A stretch of 64,000 nucleotides of DNA, taken from contig OZ244742.1 in NCBI GenBank assembly GCA_965219415.1, positions 1,376,001 through 1,440,000 of the forward strand, in the 5' to 3' direction. The stretch is from Candidatus Marinacidobacterales bacterium. GTDB taxonomy: Bacteria; Acidobacteriota; Vicinamibacteria; Marinacidobacterales; DATDRI01. This document shows positions 61,703-64,000 of the stretch, piece after piece. Positions within the stretch are counted from its first letter, which is position 1, and each line of letters opens with the position of its first letter. The notes under the pieces were generated by a model. It was not told where the DNA came from. It searched no databases and saw nothing but the letters and a program-made list of their open reading frames with translations. Both the position numbers and the translations under genes were made by a program.

Positions 61703-62272
61703 CTACGGCAGGTAGGTGAAGTACGTTTTCACCCAACCAGAATCCTGATCCCAAGGAATGACTAGGAAGAGATTGCGTTCTTTCACTAGCCCTTTCGCAC
61801 GTAGATAATAATCGCTATTCGGCTCCAAGAGCGAAACGTCGAAAAGCTCGAGACCGTCCACCACGGTCATGAAACGCATCATCTCACTCGTATCGGCGAC
61901 GACCGCTGTTGCGACGATTTCACCGTCGATGTCCCTGGAGAGAGTATAGCGTTCGGTGAGGTTGTCGTACGTAACCGTGTTGGTGATCTTTCTGGTATGA
62001 ACTTTCTGGTTGAACCAAATGGTTCGGACCTTTTTGAGCTGCACCTCGAAGCGAAAGCTGACCTGTAATCCACTCTCGATCGACCGGCCGATGTCTTCAT
62101 TGAACACATCGGCCATTCGAAACGTAACGGAGATCTTGTCGTTCTTGATCAGCAGGCTCAGGTTCGTGAGCTCGGCCGCCGTAGCGGGTGCTTGACCCGC
62201 CACGATGATCCCCAGCGCGAGAAGTGCACGGCGCACTCGGCCGCCCATAAGATGCGATGGTACAGTAGTCAC
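61703..62272 (-). CDS. DUF4390-like exported protein
   Basis: Signal peptide; IESGLQVSFRF...TYDNLTERY; position upstream of ntrY. Confidence 0.75.
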   Translation of the reverse strand: MTTVPSHLMGGRVRRALLALGIIVAGQAPATAAELTNLSLLIKNDKISVTFRMADVFNEDIGRSIESGLQVSFRFEVQLKKVRTIWFNQKVHTRKITNTVTYDNLTERYTLSRDIDGEIVATAVVADTSEMMRFMTVVDGLELFDVSLLEPNSDYYLRAKGLVKERNLFLVIPWDQDSGWVKTYFTYLP

Positions 62273-62299
62273 AATGAGAGCACAACTTCATTCGATCGC

Positions 62300-62767
62300 T
62301 TACCCCTCCTTTTCCGTTGTGTCCAAGAGTCCTCGAATAGTCTCTACGAACTCGTGGGCATCTTTGAAGTGTCGGTATACCGAGGCGAACCGAACATAGG
62401 CCACTTGGTCCAAACCCTGCAGCTCCGTCATAACGAACTCACCGATGTTGGTCGTCGAGACTTCCTTGTCTGGACTCTCCTGCAAACTCTGTTCCACGGA
62501 TTCTACGATGCTCTCTAACTTGGTCACCGAGACCGGACGCTTTTCACAGGCCTTGAGAAGCCCATTCAGGATCTTCTCTCGATCGAACCGCTCTCTCCGC
62601 CCATCCTTCTTAACGACCATATACGGGATCTGATCGATCCGTTCATAGCTGGTAAAGCGACGTTTACAACCGAGACACTGGCGACGCCGGCGGATCGCTT
62701 CGCCTTCCTTGCTCTCTCTCGAGTCGACGACTTTGTCTCCTAGGTAGCCGCAGTAAGGACACTTCAC
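62300..62767 (-). CDS. nrdR: Transcriptional repressor NrdR
   Basis: MKCPYC..KVVDSR..IRRRRQC..C..RFTSYE; DQVAYVRFASVY. Confidence 0.97.
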   Translation of the reverse strand: MKCPYCGYLGDKVVDSRESKEGEAIRRRRQCLGCKRRFTSYERIDQIPYMVVKKDGRRERFDREKILNGLLKACEKRPVSVTKLESIVESVEQSLQESPDKEVSTTNIGEFVMTELQGLDQVAYVRFASVYRHFKDAHEFVETIRGLLDTTEKEG

Positions 62768-62819
62768 AGCCCCAACCTCCTATCTCGGCGCTCGTCCGGG
62801 CGCCGACCGCTCGAATTTT

Positions 62820-63959
62820 TCAACTAGCCGTCCCCAACCGTCTCACTTCGCTCAAACTCATCCCTTCCCGCACGAAATACACCAGGCCGAGCAGGCTAAC
62901 CGGTATGAACGCGATGGCGTGGCTCGCGAGCGCGATCGCCTTAGCGGTGTTGTCATTGACTCCGAACAGCCAAGTGAGAGCGAGAGCGCACATGTAGTGG
63001 TATCCGCCTACTGCCCCCGGCGTGGGAACAGCCACCCCTACGGTGAGGAAACCAATGACCAAGAACGCACCACCTACGGGGATATCGATGTGGAACGCGC
63101 GGGTTCCCAACCAAAACGCCGACGAGATGTTGAGCCACAACACCAGGGATAATATCCCGGCGCGCGCTAGATTCCCCCGATCGACCAAGACCCCCAGTCC
63201 CTCGCCGAAGCTCTTGACGAACCGAAAGACCGGCCCCGCGAGCCTACGAGGGAGCCTCTCAACACGCGGCTGCAGCCAGGCCAGGGCGGAACCGCCGGAG
63301 CGAACATTGTGGGCGAAGAGGAACATGGCCGCGAGACCGAAGCCGGCAGCCACCGATGCCGTGACACCACCAACCTTGAGAGCGTAGATCGCTTTTTGGC
63401 TTCCTGCCCCGATAGGCGTCGGGCCAAGCATAAGCCAGCTCCCCACGAGAAAGATCACCGTAATCAGATCGAGCACCCGCTCGAGAATAATGGTGGCAAA
63501 CGTGCTCGAGGCGGACAGCCCCTCGCGTCGCGCTAACAGATAGGGCCTCGCGAATTCACCCAGCCGGCCCGGCGGCACCAGAAAGTTAACCATGAAGCCG
63601 ATCACAGTGGTCTCGAAACAAACCCTGAGTCGAGCCGGTCCAATAGGGGCTAAGAGATACCTCCACCGGAACGCACGCACGACGTAGCTCACCATGGTTA
63701 AGGAAATCGCGCCCGCGATGATCCAACCGTTGGCGCCCGCAAAACTGGCCGCGATCGCCGTAAAATCGGCGTCCTTGAGGAAAAACCCGAGGAGGACGAG
63801 ACCGACGAGAGCAAGAGCCACCGATTGGAGCTTACGAGATCCGAGCCATCCGCCTCGAACTGGGGCGGCAGACTCTGTGGAGTCCGCAGAGTGTAGAGGT
63901 TCGGCCGACCCGGCTCCGCCCGCGGGCCCGCTAGGCGCTCCCCCCATCGAATCTGTCAA
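62820..63959 (-). CDS. Lysylphosphatidylglycerol synthase TM-domain (flippase-like) protein
   Basis: RAFRWRYLL, NFLVPPGRLGEFAR, ERVLD, PTPGAVG. Confidence 0.85.
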   Translation of the reverse strand: MTDSMGGAPSGPAGGAGSAEPLHSADSTESAAPVRGGWLGSRKLQSVALALVGLVLLGFFLKDADFTAIAASFAGANGWIIAGAISLTMVSYVVRAFRWRYLLAPIGPARLRVCFETTVIGFMVNFLVPPGRLGEFARPYLLARREGLSASSTFATIILERVLDLITVIFLVGSWLMLGPTPIGAGSQKAIYALKVGGVTASVAAGFGLAAMFLFAHNVRSGGSALAWLQPRVERLPRRLAGPVFRFVKSFGEGLGVLVDRGNLARAGILSLVLWLNISSAFWLGTRAFHIDIPVGGAFLVIGFLTVGVAVPTPGAVGGYHYMCALALTWLFGVNDNTAKAIALASHAIAFIPVSLLGLVYFVREGMSLSEVRRLGTAS

Positions 63960-64000
63960 TTCCTCTCCACGAAGCTCGTCGTTCTGTGGGCCGGACCTTC

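Overview
GC-rich (roughly 60%+) bacterial chromosome segment, mostly minus-strand. Gene content resembles Acidobacteria or Myxococcota, but that is an inference. Apparently intact housekeeping blocks are rplS-trmD-rimM-khpA-rpsP-ffh, ribD-ribE-ribBA, ftsY, mpl-ldcA, pgpA-cinA-thpR, NFACT/RqcH, DUF4390-ntrY-ntrX, nrdR and tRNA-Ala(CGC). Between them lie many decaying signalling and surface genes with frameshifts, one nonsense codon and at least five internal deletions, three with clear microhomology at the junction. There are three recent IS insertions with perfect 8-bp target duplications: two near-identical IS256 copies and one ISL3 with an A7 -1 frameshift site. The most interesting items are: (1) a Ser/Thr kinase-PP2C-TPR/PEGA operon ending in a membrane FHA protein with 12 acidic T-x-x-L motifs, plus FHA-fused cAMP synthesis and sensing proteins elsewhere in the window; (2) a triple-hairpin GGACAG-N-ACCCC leader with a terminator upstream of a giant surface-protein gene; (3) an IS256 end that supplies an in-frame restart codon at both insertion sites; (4) a DUF222-like HNH gene next to a tRNA; (5) signs of early genome erosion. 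All calls come from reading the sequence by eye; no database search was run.
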